This document shows positions 11,093-22,768 of a stretch of 64,000 bases of DNA, piece after piece. Location: the NCBI GenBank assembly GCA_963765765.1, contig CAVXYC010000018.1, positions 139,002-203,001 on the forward strand. The letters are read 5' to 3'. Within the stretch, counting starts at the first letter, position 1. Each line of letters starts with the position of its first letter. The notes beneath the pieces were generated by a model. That model saw only the letters and a list, made by a program, of their open reading frames with translations. It was not told where the DNA came from and made no database searches. The translations under genes were made by a program, and so were the position numbers. Origin of the DNA: an uncultured Chloroflexia bacterium (lineage in GTDB: Bacteria; Chloroflexota; UBA6077; JACCZL01).

Positions 11093-12494
11093 ATGCAGAA
11101 GACCGCTGTCATTGACGTCGTCGGGCTGACACCCGATCTCATTGGGCCGCACACCCCCCGCCTGCAAGCGTTTCAGGCCGCCGGTAAAACAGCGAGCATT
11201 CAACCGGTCCTCCCCGCGGTAACGTGCGCCGCTCAGGCCACGTATCTCACCGGCACCCTGCCCACTGAGCACGGCGTCGTTGGAAACGGCTGGTATTTCC
11301 GCGACGAGTGCGAGATCAAGTTCTGGCGACAATCGAATCGACTCGTGCAGCGTCCCAAGATTTGGGAACAGGCTCGCGAAGCTCGACCCCGCCTTCACCT
11401 GCGCCAACATGTTCTGGTGGTTCAACATGTACTCGTCCGTGGACGCCGCCGTCACTCCACGTCCGATGTATCCAGCCGATGGACGCAAGCTACCAGACGT
11501 CTGGGCCTCACCGGAGCATCTTCGAGGAAGGCTCCAGGCGGAGCTCGGGCAGTTCCCGCTCTTTCAGTTCTGGGGTCCCGGAAGCTCCATTGCCTCCAGC
11601 CAGTGGATTGCAGACGCCGCTCGCCTGGTGGATCAGTGGAACGATCCAACCTTGAACCTGATCTATCTACCGCACCTGGATTACAGCCTGCAGAAGTACG
11701 GTCCTGACCACCAGCGCATCTCACAGGAACTGAAGGCCATCGACAAAGTCTGCGGTGACCTCATCGACCATTTTCAGGCTCGAGACTCCAGTATCGTCAT
11801 GCTGTCTGAGTACGGCATCCGAGCCGTTAACCGCCCCGTCGATCTCAATCGTCTTCTTCGGCAGCGGAGCCTCCTGGCCGTTCGCGAGGAGATGGGCCTC
11901 GAGCTGCTTGATGCGGGGGTGAGCCGAGCATTCGCCGTGGCCGATCATCAGATCGCACACGTATACGTGAATGATCCCGAGTGCATGAACGAGGTCCGCT
12001 CGCTACTGGAGCAGACGGACGGCGTGGCGGAGATCCTGGACGACGAAGGTAAGCGCGCGCGGGGTCTGGATCATGAGCGCGCGGGCGACCTCATCGCTGT
12101 TGCAGAGCCAGACGCATGGTTCACGTATTACTACTGGCTGGATGACGCGCGAGCACCGGACTATGCGCGCACAGTGGAGATTCACCGAAAACCGGGCTAC
12201 GACCCGGTAGAGCTGTTCCTGGATCCGGCAATCTCACTACCGAAACTGCGCATCGGTTCCATTCTGCTGAAGCGGAAGATCGGTTTTCGGTCACTCCTGG
12301 ACGTCATCCCGCTCGACGCCTCGCTGGTCCGAGGATCGCACGGGCGCGTGACAACCGATCCCGGGCAATCACCCGTACTCTTGACTAACCGACCGTCGCT
12401 TCTCGAAAGCGAGGTCCTTCAGGCAACCGATGTCTACGGTGTGCTTCTCTCGCATCTACAGGATGCTGTCCGCGCTCTGAGCCCATCACGTTAG
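11093..12494 (+). CDS. eboF: Alkaline phosphatase/nucleotide pyrophosphatase, EboF-like, frameshift near 11370
   Basis: VIDVVGL, PAVTC, YLPHLDY, IHRKPGYDPVELF, GSHG. Confidence 0.85.
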
Positions 12495-12905
12495 ACGTGC
12501 GGCGATGATCGCCGCTGTGCGCATTGTCCTCACCCGAGTCGGGAGATCGAGAAGGCGGCAGTTCTCTGCGCACTCCAAGGATCCTCGCGCCGGCTACGCA
12601 CTTTCCAGAAGCGTCTAACCCTCGCGTCGAAAGCCCCACCCGGCTAACACGTCCTCGCGGCTCCGCGGGAAATCACAGCGGCTATCCCAGCCGAATTGGG
12701 TTGCAAGCACTGCCAGCATGACGAGTGCCCCCAGCGTAATAATTAGGTCCACAGCACAGTCCCCCTATCCAGGAGTCCAATCCAACACGCACGAATGACG
12801 ACTGAATTGGTACTATTTGCAAATCGAGATCGGTCCACTTGCTCTATGCAACCAGAATAGACCGACAATAGACGAGGTAAAGTGGTCCAATTTGACATTA
12901 TTGGT

Positions 12906-14384
12906 ATGAATTCAAGCACACCTGATGTCGCGACTGCTCTAGGGGCATGGATCCAGGCGCCCGGCCCGATGTACCGCCGTCTGGCACGGGCCATGACCCG
13001 CGCGATAGAGAACGGCTCTATCGCGGCGAGCTCACTCTTGCCACCGGAGCGATCGCTTGCTGAGCAGCTCGCAATAAGCCGGAGTACGGTGATCGCGGCC
13101 TACGATGTACTCCGGGCCGATGGCCTGGTGGAGAGCCGGCGCGGGAGCGGAACTCGGGTCTGTCCAAGGCCAAGCCACATCCTTGCCAGCGGCAACAGTG
13201 GTCCCGTTGAGGCGGTGGGTGGCGCCCAGCTCCCCGGTGTGTTGGCCGGTGCGACACACGTTACAGACAGCGTCGATCTAACAGCCGCCGCGCCAGCCGC
13301 GCTCTCCCAACTGCTCGCGGACCAGCTTGTTGCGTCGGCCGAAGAGATTGCTCCACTTCTCAAACAGCACGGATACGCCCCCGCTGGACTGCCCGCGCTT
13401 CGTTACGCCGTAGCCGATTACTTCACGCGTCAGGGCGTGACCACACATCCCGACCAGATTCTGATCACCAATGGCGCCCAGCAGGGCATCTCATTGCTCA
13501 GCACCATTCACCTTCGCGAAGGGGACGCCGTGCTTGTTGAGAACCCATCGTATTTCGGCGCGCTTGACGCATTCCGACTCCTGGGCGCGCGAGTGATCGG
13601 TGTGCCGATGGATCACGACGGGATTCGACCAGAGGTACTGCGTGAGAAGATCGAGGCGGCTCGTCCCCGGCTCATCTATCTCATCCCGACCTATCAGAAC
13701 CCAACCGGCTCGGTGCTGCCTGAGTCTCGGCGCCGGCAGATCGCGGACATGATCGAGGCGCTTGGCATTCCACTCATCGAAGATCTGAGTCTGGCGGACA
13801 TCGTGCTCCACGGGCACCCGCCCGCACCAATCGCACAACACACGTCGTCAGCAGCACTTTACACACTTGGGTCATTGAGCAAGTTATGCTGGCCCGGTCT
13901 TCGCATCGGCTGGATTCGTGGCACGCCTGAAGCCATTGGGGAGCTCGCCCGAGCCAAGGCTGTGGCGGACCTTGGATCCCCATTGATGGATCAGGTGGTG
14001 GCTGCCAGGCTTATGTCTCGCATCGATCAGATGATCGATTGGCGCGCAAAGGAGCTGACTCCACGCTACGAAGCCCTCGCCCACCATCTCGCGCGAGAGC
14101 TTCCCGAATGGCATTGGCGGCGTCCCAACGGCGGTCTCTATCTCTGGATCAAGATCCCACGTGGCGACACACGAACACTCGCACAACGGGCGTTACGCCA
14201 GGGTGTGCGGATCATTCCCGGTTCGGTCATGTCTGTGGACGACAGCCAGAGTCAATGCTTCCGATTTCCGTTTGTGGAAACACCGGAAGTTCTAGCCGAG
14301 GCGGTCGGAAAGCTCAAACAGGCCTGGCTTGAGATGGAATCCCGCCCCGTTCTGCATGTCACAAGCTCGCAGGTGCTGGTGTAA
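12906..14384 (+). CDS. MocR/GntR-family PLP-dependent transcriptional regulator
   Basis: LPPERSLAEQLAISRSTV HTH, QNPTG, GSLSKLCWPGLRIGW. Confidence 0.9.
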   Translation: MNSSTPDVATALGAWIQAPGPMYRRLARAMTRAIENGSIAASSLLPPERSLAEQLAISRSTVIAAYDVLRADGLVESRRGSGTRVCPRPSHILASGNSGPVEAVGGAQLPGVLAGATHVTDSVDLTAAAPAALSQLLADQLVASAEEIAPLLKQHGYAPAGLPALRYAVADYFTRQGVTTHPDQILITNGAQQGISLLSTIHLREGDAVLVENPSYFGALDAFRLLGARVIGVPMDHDGIRPEVLREKIEAARPRLIYLIPTYQNPTGSVLPESRRRQIADMIEALGIPLIEDLSLADIVLHGHPPAPIAQHTSSAALYTLGSLSKLCWPGLRIGWIRGTPEAIGELARAKAVADLGSPLMDQVVAARLMSRIDQMIDWRAKELTPRYEALAHHLARELPEWHWRRPNGGLYLWIKIPRGDTRTLAQRALRQGVRIIPGSVMSVDDSQSQCFRFPFVETPEVLAEAVGKLKQAWLEMESRPVLHVTSSQVLV

Positions 14385-14502
14385 ATTCCCGGTAATCACT
14401 AAGCCTTGTGAGTGCGCCGCTGGATCCCGGTGGCGCGCGCCAGGCCACCCTAAGCATCAGCAACATTCTTGCTTCCGGACGGCGAGTATGAGTCCTAAGC
14501 CC

Positions 14503-15520
14503 CTACTGGGAGCGAGCCTTCAAGGTCCGATCCAGTCTGGGATAAACATGGCGCGCATTCCCTCGAACACCTTATGACGATCCCCATCGGTGAGGAAGTC
14601 CAGCTTGTCTAGATAGAGCTTCGTATCATCGAAGTACGTGTCCGTCTTGGGGTCCTTACCCCGCACCGCTCCGATCATCTCCGATGCAAAGATGATGTTC
14701 TCCATTGGTACGGACTTGAACAATGTCTCAATGCCTGGCTGGTGATAGACACAGGTATCGAAGTAGATATTGTCCATGAGGAATTCGTTCAACTCGGGCC
14801 TGCCCATGCCAGCGCGATGCCACGGTATCGTCCCCAGTGATAGGGAACCGCGCCGCCGCCATGAGGGAGCACAAACTTCAGCGTTGGGAAATCCTTGAAG
14901 ATCTGCGGCTCCTGAATGCACTGCATGAAGACCGTCAGGTCACCGTTAAGATAGTGTGCCCCAGTGCCGTGGAAGTTTGGATTGCAGCTTCCGCTCACGT
15001 GGATCATCGCCGGTACTTCCAGCTCCACCATCTTCTCGTAAAGCGGGTACCAGTGCTTGTCCGTCATAGGCGGATCGATCCAGTAGCCGTCAGACGGGTC
15101 CGGATTGAGGTTGCAGGCGACGAAGCCGAGCTCGTTGACGCAACGCTCCAGCTCCTCGATGCAGTTTGACGCGGGCACGCGAGGCGATTGAGGCAGCTGG
15201 CAGACGGGGATGAAGTTCTCTGGAAACAGCGTGCAAACGCGATGGACCAGGTCATTGACCGTCTCGGTCCAGTAGCGGCTAACGCGAGCGTCACCAATGT
15301 GGTGTGACATGCCGCCGGCCGTCGGAGAGAAAAGGGCAAGATCGGTCCCGCGATCGTTCTGCATCTTGAGCTGGCCCTTGACGATGGACTCACGAATCTC
15401 ATCGTCAGTGACGTTGAGCGAGCCCTTCGTTGGGTTGTGCAGGTTCTGCTGCTGCCATGCGCGGTAATCGCGCAGGCCCTGTGGCGCCGTGGTGTAGTGC
15501 CCGTGTACGTCGATGATCAC
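14503..15520 (-). CDS. ligJ: 4-oxalomesaconate hydratase (amidohydrolase), frameshifted
   Basis: IIDVHGHYTTAP, NLNPDP, PHGGGAVPYHWGR, DTCVYHQPG, YFDDTK. Confidence 0.85.
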
Positions 15521-15597
15521 CAGTACATCCCCCCGTATTTCCTCGCGGGACTTAGGATACAGGGATTGAGCGGATTCCGACGAGGAGGTCCCACGCG

Positions 15598-15703
15598 CTT
15601 TAGACCGCGGCGGTCTTCGCCACTTTGGCAACAGAGCGGAGAGACACGGAAGGGCGGCTTCTAGCTTGAGTGAGAATGCGGCGAAGACCGCCGCAGTCCA
15701 AAG
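15598..15703. repeat. REP-like inverted pair, same family as 1766-1865
   Basis: GACCGCGGCGGTCTTCGC ... GCGGCGAAGACCGCCGCAGTCCAAAG. Confidence 0.75.
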
Positions 15704-15715
15704 TTCTGACGGAGA

Positions 15716-16012
15716 CTAGCTGGCGGGCGTGACCACAACCACCCCGATCATCGTGGGGTGCAGCGGGCAGTAGTACGGGTACTCGCCAGGCTCGGCGAAC
15801 GTGTAGCTAAAGCCGTCTCCGGGCATGATGAATGGCGACTCGAAAAGCTGTCCCGTCATTCTCGCTATCCACGACTTCGGAGGCGACGTTGTGCGGGCAT
15901 AAGATCCTCGGTGTTGGCTCCAGAGCACTGAGTCACCCTGCGAAACGGTGATTGAGGAATGGGCTGAATGCGAGGTCCCGAATCTGAATTGATGGAATCG
16001 GTCGGGGCCCAC
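15716..16012 (-). CDS. Cupredoxin (plastocyanin/amicyanin-like), N-terminus degraded
   Basis: YTFAEPGEYPYYCPLHPTM. Confidence 0.7.
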   Translation of the reverse strand: MGPDRFHQFRFGTSHSAHSSITVSQGDSVLWSQHRGSYARTTSPPKSWIARMTGQLFESPFIMPGDGFSYTFAEPGEYPYYCPLHPTMIGVVVVTPAS

Positions 16013-16076
16013 GGGCGGCTGAGAAGCTATTGCGAATTATTCCTGCACTGTCTCTGCTCTGATGTCGACTAAGAGC

Positions 16077-17469
16077 TCAGCGTTGAACTCCGGCGATCCC
16101 TGCATCAACGAGAGCCCGAATGCTCTCGGCGTCATCGATGCGCTGGCACACGCCGATGAGCGTTTCCACCTGCTCCGAGCCTCCAGGAATCTCCGGAATG
16201 AGCGCCCGTACGATCTCCGTGTCCGCTGCGAAATCGAGCTTGAACTCATTCCCCGTGGCCTGCGCCCGATACGTTGTTCCATCCTTCAGCTTGATCGATA
16301 CGAGTGGACTGAGCGGTGCGGTGTCGGCGGAGCCAACGACCTCAACCCGCTCGGCCAGCGCCTGGGAAGCCTGATGTGTAGGTAACCGGTCGATGCCCTC
16401 GATGGGCGATGACCAGCCGTCGGGACGATCCGCCGGCAGCGCAAATCCGCGATTCACGCATGCCGCCGCAACGACGAACGCGGTGGTGCCCAGCCCCCTG
16501 CGTCGCCCGTATGCGCTGGCGAACTTGGCGCCAGGATAGCTCGTCTCGAAATCGTTCATTTCGACGCGAGCCGACTCGATTTGATCGGGGTGAATATCGT
16601 GACCCCGCGTAAGATCGAGCATCATCTGCGTGGGTGGCTGGTTGAACATCGATGTCGGGTAGCGCTTGAGGGTCACCTCGAGGATCTCCCAACGCTGTCC
16701 GAGATGGTCCGCTATGTGATCGAGGCCATCATTGGAGCCTGTGAACGAGTAGTAGAAGCCAATCGGGCCTTCAAGTGATGTATCCGACGCACGAGCGCCC
16801 TGAGCCGCAAGCTGGGCGGCCAGTAGACCACTTCGTGGTGCTTGTGACACCTGCAGCACCATGACGTCGGTCCCATCACCACCCTCGAAGGTTCCCGCGG
16901 AGAAGGTAGCCGCGAAGCCGATTGCGTGGGTCATCTGCTCTTCGTTCAACCCAAGCAGCTTTCCCACCGCCACGGCCGCGCCAAAGGTGCCATAAATTGG
17001 GCTAGACCGGAAGCCTTGCTCATTGCTGCGGGGAATGAAGTCGGCAGTAATCGCTGTCTCCACCTCATAGCCTGCCACCAGCGCGGTCAGTAGATCCCGA
17101 CCATTCGAGCCCAGAGTCTCGGCCGCGGCAAGCGCCGCGGGGATGATCATCACTCCGGGGTGACTGCCCGTGTGATAGGCATCTTCTTGAAGCTTGCGCG
17201 TGCATCAAGGCGCTGTTGACGAATGCCGCCGCGCCCGGCGTGGCGCGTTCTCCGGTGACCAGGATCGTGGCGCCACCGTCTTGCACCGATTCATCCATCA
17301 GGACCGCCGCTTTCGCTCTGTGCGCGGCACCGCTACCATGGCCCGCGAGACCAACGCCTATGTTGTGAAGCAAGCAGGCTCGGGCTTTATCCAGTACCTG
17401 TGGCGGAAGGTCCTCGCAGTTCAGACCACTGGCAAAACGGGCAAGTCGACGCGCGAGTGTATCGGACAT
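16077..17469 (-). CDS. MmgE/PrpD family protein, frameshift near 17190
   Basis: AAFVNSALMH, IPAALAAAE, AGYEV, LKRYPT. Confidence 0.85.
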
Positions 17470-17574
17470 CCATTGATCCTCTCAGACGCATGGGGGACGA
17501 GATCCAGTTGGTGGCATTATCCATGGGGAGGAAACAGCGTCAGCAATCTCGGGCTGGATCAGTCCCTTCGCCAA

Positions 17575-18688
17575 CTACCCTCCGGAAACCTGCGACGGGA
17601 ATTCCACTCCGCACTCCTCGGCTAGCTCTGTGAGATCCCGCACTAACACATCGTGCAGCGGCACGCCGTTGGCACGACGGTCATCGGTGTTGCGGAATTC
17701 GATCTCACCAGGAATCAGCACCCGCTTTGCTGGATCGAGTGGCGGGGTTGCGCGCAGGTCGCGAATCATTCGGTCCATGTTGATTTTGAACTCCTCGGAC
17801 TCCACGAAGCCATCGATCCGCCACGCGCCAAACCACTGGCCCACGCCCTCAACGTCGTTCAGCATGACGGACGAGCCCATGCCTGTCAGCATGCCCGAAA
17901 GCACATCCACGAAGGCGCCCAGCCCGTAGCCCTTGTAGCTGCTGGTGTCCGGCCGACCACCTAGTGGCAATAACCAACCACCTTCAACTGGCGCAAAGGG
18001 ATCATCGCTGTACTGACCGTCCGCATCTTGGGACCAGCCCACTGGGACCTTCTTGCCCGTGCGACGCGCGAGGAGAAACTTACCGGACGCGACGACGCTG
18101 GTGGCCATGTCAAGGACAAACGGTCGCTCTTCGTTGGCCGGCACGGCTACGGCGATTGGATTCGTACCGATCATCGGGCGCGCCCCAAACGTCGGCGCCA
18201 CCCACGGACGGCTATTGCACACGCTGATGCCGATCATGTCATGAGGCAGCGCCATCATCGGATAATGTGCGGCCATCCCGTAATGGCGACCATCCCGTAG
18301 TCCTACGAATCCGCTACCCGCGTCTCGCGCCTTGGAGATCGCCAGCTCCATCGCCTCTGTGGCGGAGGCCGCGCCGAGACCGCCATCGTTGTCCATGAGC
18401 GCCGTGCTGGGCGTCTCCCGCACGATGCGCCGATTGGGTCGCGTGTTGACCGTGCCGTCTTTGAGTCCCGGCACGTACGCGCGGTTATGCGTAAACATGT
18501 TGATGCCATGCGAGTCCACGCCTCGCAGGTCGGCGTGGTTCAGCGCAGATGCGGTTGCGTTGGCATCCGGTTCGCTGGCGCCGAGGCGGACCATGAGCGT
18601 TGACCATGAACGCTCGGAGCGCATCGGCGGGGTAACGGTGAACGCCGCCCGCGACTGACTCAGGATCCGGCCTCGCTTCACCGCGCAT
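17575..18688 (-). CDS. Ldh2-family (malate/lactate/ureidoglycolate) oxidoreductase
   Basis: DLRGVDSHG, HYGMA, GTNPIA, LDMATS, YKGYGL. Confidence 0.9.
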
Positions 18689-18707
18689 GTCTCACATTCT
18701 CCCAAGC

Positions 18708-19961
18708 TCACTCGTTCACCGTCACGGCGTTCTTTATCGGCTGTCCGCCATTGTTCTTGACTTCCCAATCGGCGATGAATGCTTTTACCTTCGATTCGAA
18801 TTCGGCCTGGGAGATGCCCTTGGGAAGCTGCTGGACGATATCCGCCGCATGGAGAGCGTTGCCTAACCGAGACTGGTCAACGCTGAGCAGCGTGATCGGG
18901 CCCTTCTTGCCTCCACCCACGACCTGTCCCTTCAAGAGATCTGGCAGGTAACTCGGGACGTCGCGTCGAATGCCATCATCGTTGCGCTTCATTTTCTTGA
19001 TGAAGTCCTGGCCCTCTTTACTCATCGTCCAGTTCATGAAGACGAGGGCGGCATTGGGGTTCTGGGCCGTTTTGGTGACGCCCATCATGGCCGGCTGGCT
19101 TACCAGCGGCCGCTCCGGGAATGCCATGATTCTTACGGGTGCCTCTGCCTCGGCCAGGCTGAGAATGCGATCGCTGCCCAACCCCAGTCCCAATGCAATC
19201 TCGCCTCGACCGACCGCCGCTTCCTGGTCGCCCGAGCGCGCAAGTGTCATCACTTCCTGCACTCGGTACATCGACCAGATTTCGGCTAGCGTGATGTTGT
19301 CGGTGGCATAGCTGTGCTGCATCAGGAACGACGTCACCGCGGCACTCGCGCTGGGATCCAGCCAGGCGATCTTGCCCTTGAAGCGCGGATCGGTGGCGAG
19401 CTCATTAAACGTCTTTGGTTCCTCACCGGAGGCGACCATGCGCGTGTTGAGGATGTAGTGGCCCTCCATCTTGCCCAGGCGGCTCACCGTCACGTCCATC
19501 GCGTCGCCAAAGAAGGTTGGCGCTGTGAGCCAGACGCTTGCCGGTTCGGCAAGAACAGGCAGCGGCTTATCCCGCAATGGGAGGAACGCGCCTTCGGTTC
19601 GCAGGGCCGTGAGCGTGGTGGGTGATCCTTCCATGAGGTCCGCCGAGGGCTGCCCAGCCTTCGACTCCTGCTGGTAGCGCGGAACGAGCTGCGCGCCGGT
19701 GGCACTGATGATGTCCACGGTGATGCCGGCGATCCGTTGCAGCTCAGTATTGATGAGCGTACCTTCCTGGCCGGTGAACCGCTCCGCGTAAATCAGGAGC
19801 TTCCCCTCACGCCGAGCCGCGTCAAGGACTTGCTGCCACTCGGCCGAGACGGGGGCGTTAGTGGACGGAGCCGAGCCGCTGGGCGCGGGCGACGCACTCG
19901 GCGAACAGGCAGCCAGCGTGAGTAACGCCGCTACGAGGAGTGCGCGGTGCATATGAGACAC
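18708..19961 (-). CDS. ABC substrate-binding lipoprotein
   Basis: LAAC lipobox, AARREG, NPNAALVFMNWTMSKEGQ. Confidence 0.85.
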   Translation of the reverse strand: MSHMHRALLVAALLTLAACSPSASPAPSGSAPSTNAPVSAEWQQVLDAARREGKLLIYAERFTGQEGTLINTELQRIAGITVDIISATGAQLVPRYQQESKAGQPSADLMEGSPTTLTALRTEGAFLPLRDKPLPVLAEPASVWLTAPTFFGDAMDVTVSRLGKMEGHYILNTRMVASGEEPKTFNELATDPRFKGKIAWLDPSASAAVTSFLMQHSYATDNITLAEIWSMYRVQEVMTLARSGDQEAAVGRGEIALGLGLGSDRILSLAEAEAPVRIMAFPERPLVSQPAMMGVTKTAQNPNAALVFMNWTMSKEGQDFIKKMKRNDDGIRRDVPSYLPDLLKGQVVGGGKKGPITLLSVDQSRLGNALHAADIVQQLPKGISQAEFESKVKAFIADWEVKNNGGQPIKNAVTVNE

Positions 19962-20000
19962 GGTGAATCACCTCCAGGGCTCAACTCCCGGCGCGGAGCG

Positions 20001-20090
20001 CTTTAGCCTGCGTGCGAGCATCGCCGCTTTTCAGACTTCACGACTAAGGCTGGGATATCAAGAAAGCGGCGATCTCTCGCCGCACTCTAA
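20001..20090. repeat. Diverged REP-like inverted pair
   Basis: TTTAG..GCG..CATCGCCGCTTT ... AAAGCGGCGAT..CGCCGCACTCTAAA. Confidence 0.6.
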
Positions 20091-20118
20091 ACTGCTTCGC
20101 GCCAAGTGGTCCAGCCGC

Positions 20119-20579
20119 TCAATCGCCGAAGAACTGGCCTTCCAGGATCTTCGCATCGATCTTCTCGCGCAGCGGCGGACCGAGTCGCTCGAGGCCGCCC
20201 GGCTCATTCTGCCCCATTGCGCCGATACGGACGTAGACCAGTGTCTCATCCGACGCGCTTTCAAACCAGTAGCGCCCCATGCGAGGCACCAGGATTCCCT
20301 GGTAGCGGCCGATAGTGGCCACCTCGCGATCTTCATCCGTATAGAAGGTTGCCTGCCCCTGCAACACCAGGAAGATCTGGTCCTCCCCGGGTGATAGTGG
20401 AAGATCGTCTCACCACCCGGCTTGCCTACGGACACCTGCGCCGTTATCAGGTCCGTGGCCGCAAGCGTGGTCGTCATCTTGCCTTGTTCGAGCAGCGGCG
20501 GACGCACATCGAACTTCTTGAACGAACTTACTGGCGACTCGTCATCAACGCGTGCACCCATGCTCGGCTCAACTGCCAT
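20119..20579 (-). CDS. Cupin domain protein, frameshifted
   Basis: PLLEQG, GGETIFHYHP, VLQGQATF, YWFES. Confidence 0.75.
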
Positions 20580-20633
20580 ATCCCGCTCTCCCGTCGATCT
20601 CGCTCAAAGTCTACTCCTAGCAGAATCCGCCTT

Positions 20634-22200
20634 TCAGCCTAAGGACTGGCCCCTCCCGTTAGTGAAGAAATTCACGTCGTCAGGGTTGATGAGGTCGGGC
20701 ACGGTCCAGCCGTTAGTGTCGTACTCCGCCATGCACTTCTCCGCGAAGGCCTTGAATGCGGCCGTCTGTCCACTCTGGGTCGCGCCCATCAAGGCAGCCA
20801 GGCGCGTGTCCTCGTGGCTACCGGCGTAGTTCATCTCGTACAGCTCATGGCGACCGCCGAACTCCGTGCCGACCGCGTCCCAGAGCAAGCGCATGAGCTT
20901 GATGCGGTCGATGGCCTCGATGCCGTTGCTGCCGCGCAGGTACTTATCCAGATAGGGCCGTAGCTCCTCGACGCCCCAGTCCTGGACATGCGAGTTCTGA
21001 TAGATGAGTCCGCTGGCCACCACCTGATAGATGATGTGCTTAATCTTGGCGTAGATCTCCGGCCCGTAGACGCGGACCGTGGAGCCGTACTCCTGGTTGG
21101 GCAGCAAGTAGCCATCGCCCCAAGGAGTGGCCGCCTGGATCTGCGCGTCACTGAGCGCCCAACAGATGTTGCGCCAGACCACCACCTCGCCGATCTGGGC
21201 TTGCACGCCGCGAAACTCGTTTGTGCCGGCGATCTCCGTCGCCTTGAGCAGCAGGCCCAGAATGAAATCCAGCTTGACCGCCAGGCGCGTGATGGCCTGA
21301 AAGGTGAAGCGACCCAGAAAGCCTGAGTGGTGATAGAAGGAGTTGGCCTTCTCGAGGTCGCCGTAAACGAACACGTTCTCCCACGGAACCAGCACGTTGT
21401 CGAACACCATGATGGCGTCGTTCTCATCCATGCGGCTGGACAGCGGATAGTCGAACGGGCTGCCGATGACTGAAGCTTGGAGCTCATACGACGGTCGGCA
21501 AATGAGCTTGCAGCCCGGCGAGTCCATATCTGCCAGGAAGACGAGCGCGAACTCCTTCTTCTTGAGCGGTATTCCTCGGTGCGCGATGAAGTTCAGATGC
21601 GTGAGGGCGGAGCCGGTCGCCACTACCTTGGCACCGCTCACAATCAGCCCTGCGTCCGTTTCCTTTTCCACGTGCACATACACGTCAGCCACTTCATCAG
21701 GCGGGCGATTGCGATCTACCGGAGGGATGAACGATGGCGTGGTTCATGAATGGCATCTGCTCCTGCGAGATGCGATACCAGCGCCGCGCGTTCTCCTCGT
21801 ACGGGGCATAGAAATCGGCGATACCACCGAGCGTGGCCATAAAGGAGGCTTTGTAGTCGGGAGTGCGGCCCATCCAGCCGAAACCGATTCGCTGCCATGC
21901 GGCAATCGCGTCACGCGAGGCCACGAGGTCCTCGCGTGTCCTCGGGGCCTTGAAGAACGGATGGGTGAAACCACCGTTGCCCGTATCGGTCTCGGTGGTG
22001 AGCACGGATTGCTGAGCAGGGTCGTGGAGGGCGTCATAGAGCCGAGCGATCATGCGTGCTGAGTTCCTGAAGGCGGGGTGCGTTGTGACGTCCTTCACCT
22101 TCTCACCGTAGATCCAGATCTCGCGCCCGTCCCTGAGGCTCTCGAGATACTCGTCGCCGGTGAATGGTCGCGTCACCGTTCGCGTGGTATCCAGGGCCAC
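20634..22200 (-). CDS. hpaB: 4-hydroxyphenylacetate/phenol monooxygenase oxygenase subunit, frameshift near 21720
   Basis: [41 protein letters not shown]. Confidence 0.9.
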
Positions 22201-22362
22201 GTTGCCTCACCTCCCGGTTGCCCGCTGGGCATTAGAGCGCCATGCGTCTGCACCGAGGTTATACAGAGCCGCTCACTCTCCAGGACGCACATCAGGCGCC
22301 GGCACAGTTTGTGTCTATGTCTCCATCCAATATCGACCGGATCGGACGGTGCGGAGGATTAG

Positions 22363-22710
22363 ATGACACAACCAGGCGCCTCAGATCTCAATAAGCTCCA
22401 GAAGGGAGCGCTGGTACTGGGAACAGATCTGGAGATCGGAGCGCTGGAGGAAGTGAAGCCGGCCGAAGGATCACAAGGCGCGCGATTAATCGTGCGTCAC
22501 GGCTATGCCGATTACCTTCTCGCAATTCCCGCTGAGTCTATCAAGGACGCCGAGCCGACGCGTATTCATCTCAATCTTCGGCGTGAAGACGCCGAACGGC
22601 TGGTCTACGAGCAGGACGGGGACGCTGGGCCCGCAAATGCGAGCCCGGACAACAGCACCGTCATCGGCGCCCCGGAGCCAGAGCTGCCCGGCGGGCCGAG
22701 TACAGGTTAG
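22363..22710 (+). CDS. Hypothetical PRC-barrel/DUF2171-like protein
   Basis: RBS GGAGG; IGALEEV..LIVRHG..IP..I..IHLNL pattern. Confidence 0.55.
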   Translation: MTQPGASDLNKLQKGALVLGTDLEIGALEEVKPAEGSQGARLIVRHGYADYLLAIPAESIKDAEPTRIHLNLRREDAERLVYEQDGDAGPANASPDNSTVIGAPEPELPGGPSTG

Positions 22711-22768
22711 AGCACTTTCACCGTTGCTGCGTCCCGGGCAGAACCTCATCGGGCGCGGCAACACCCGC

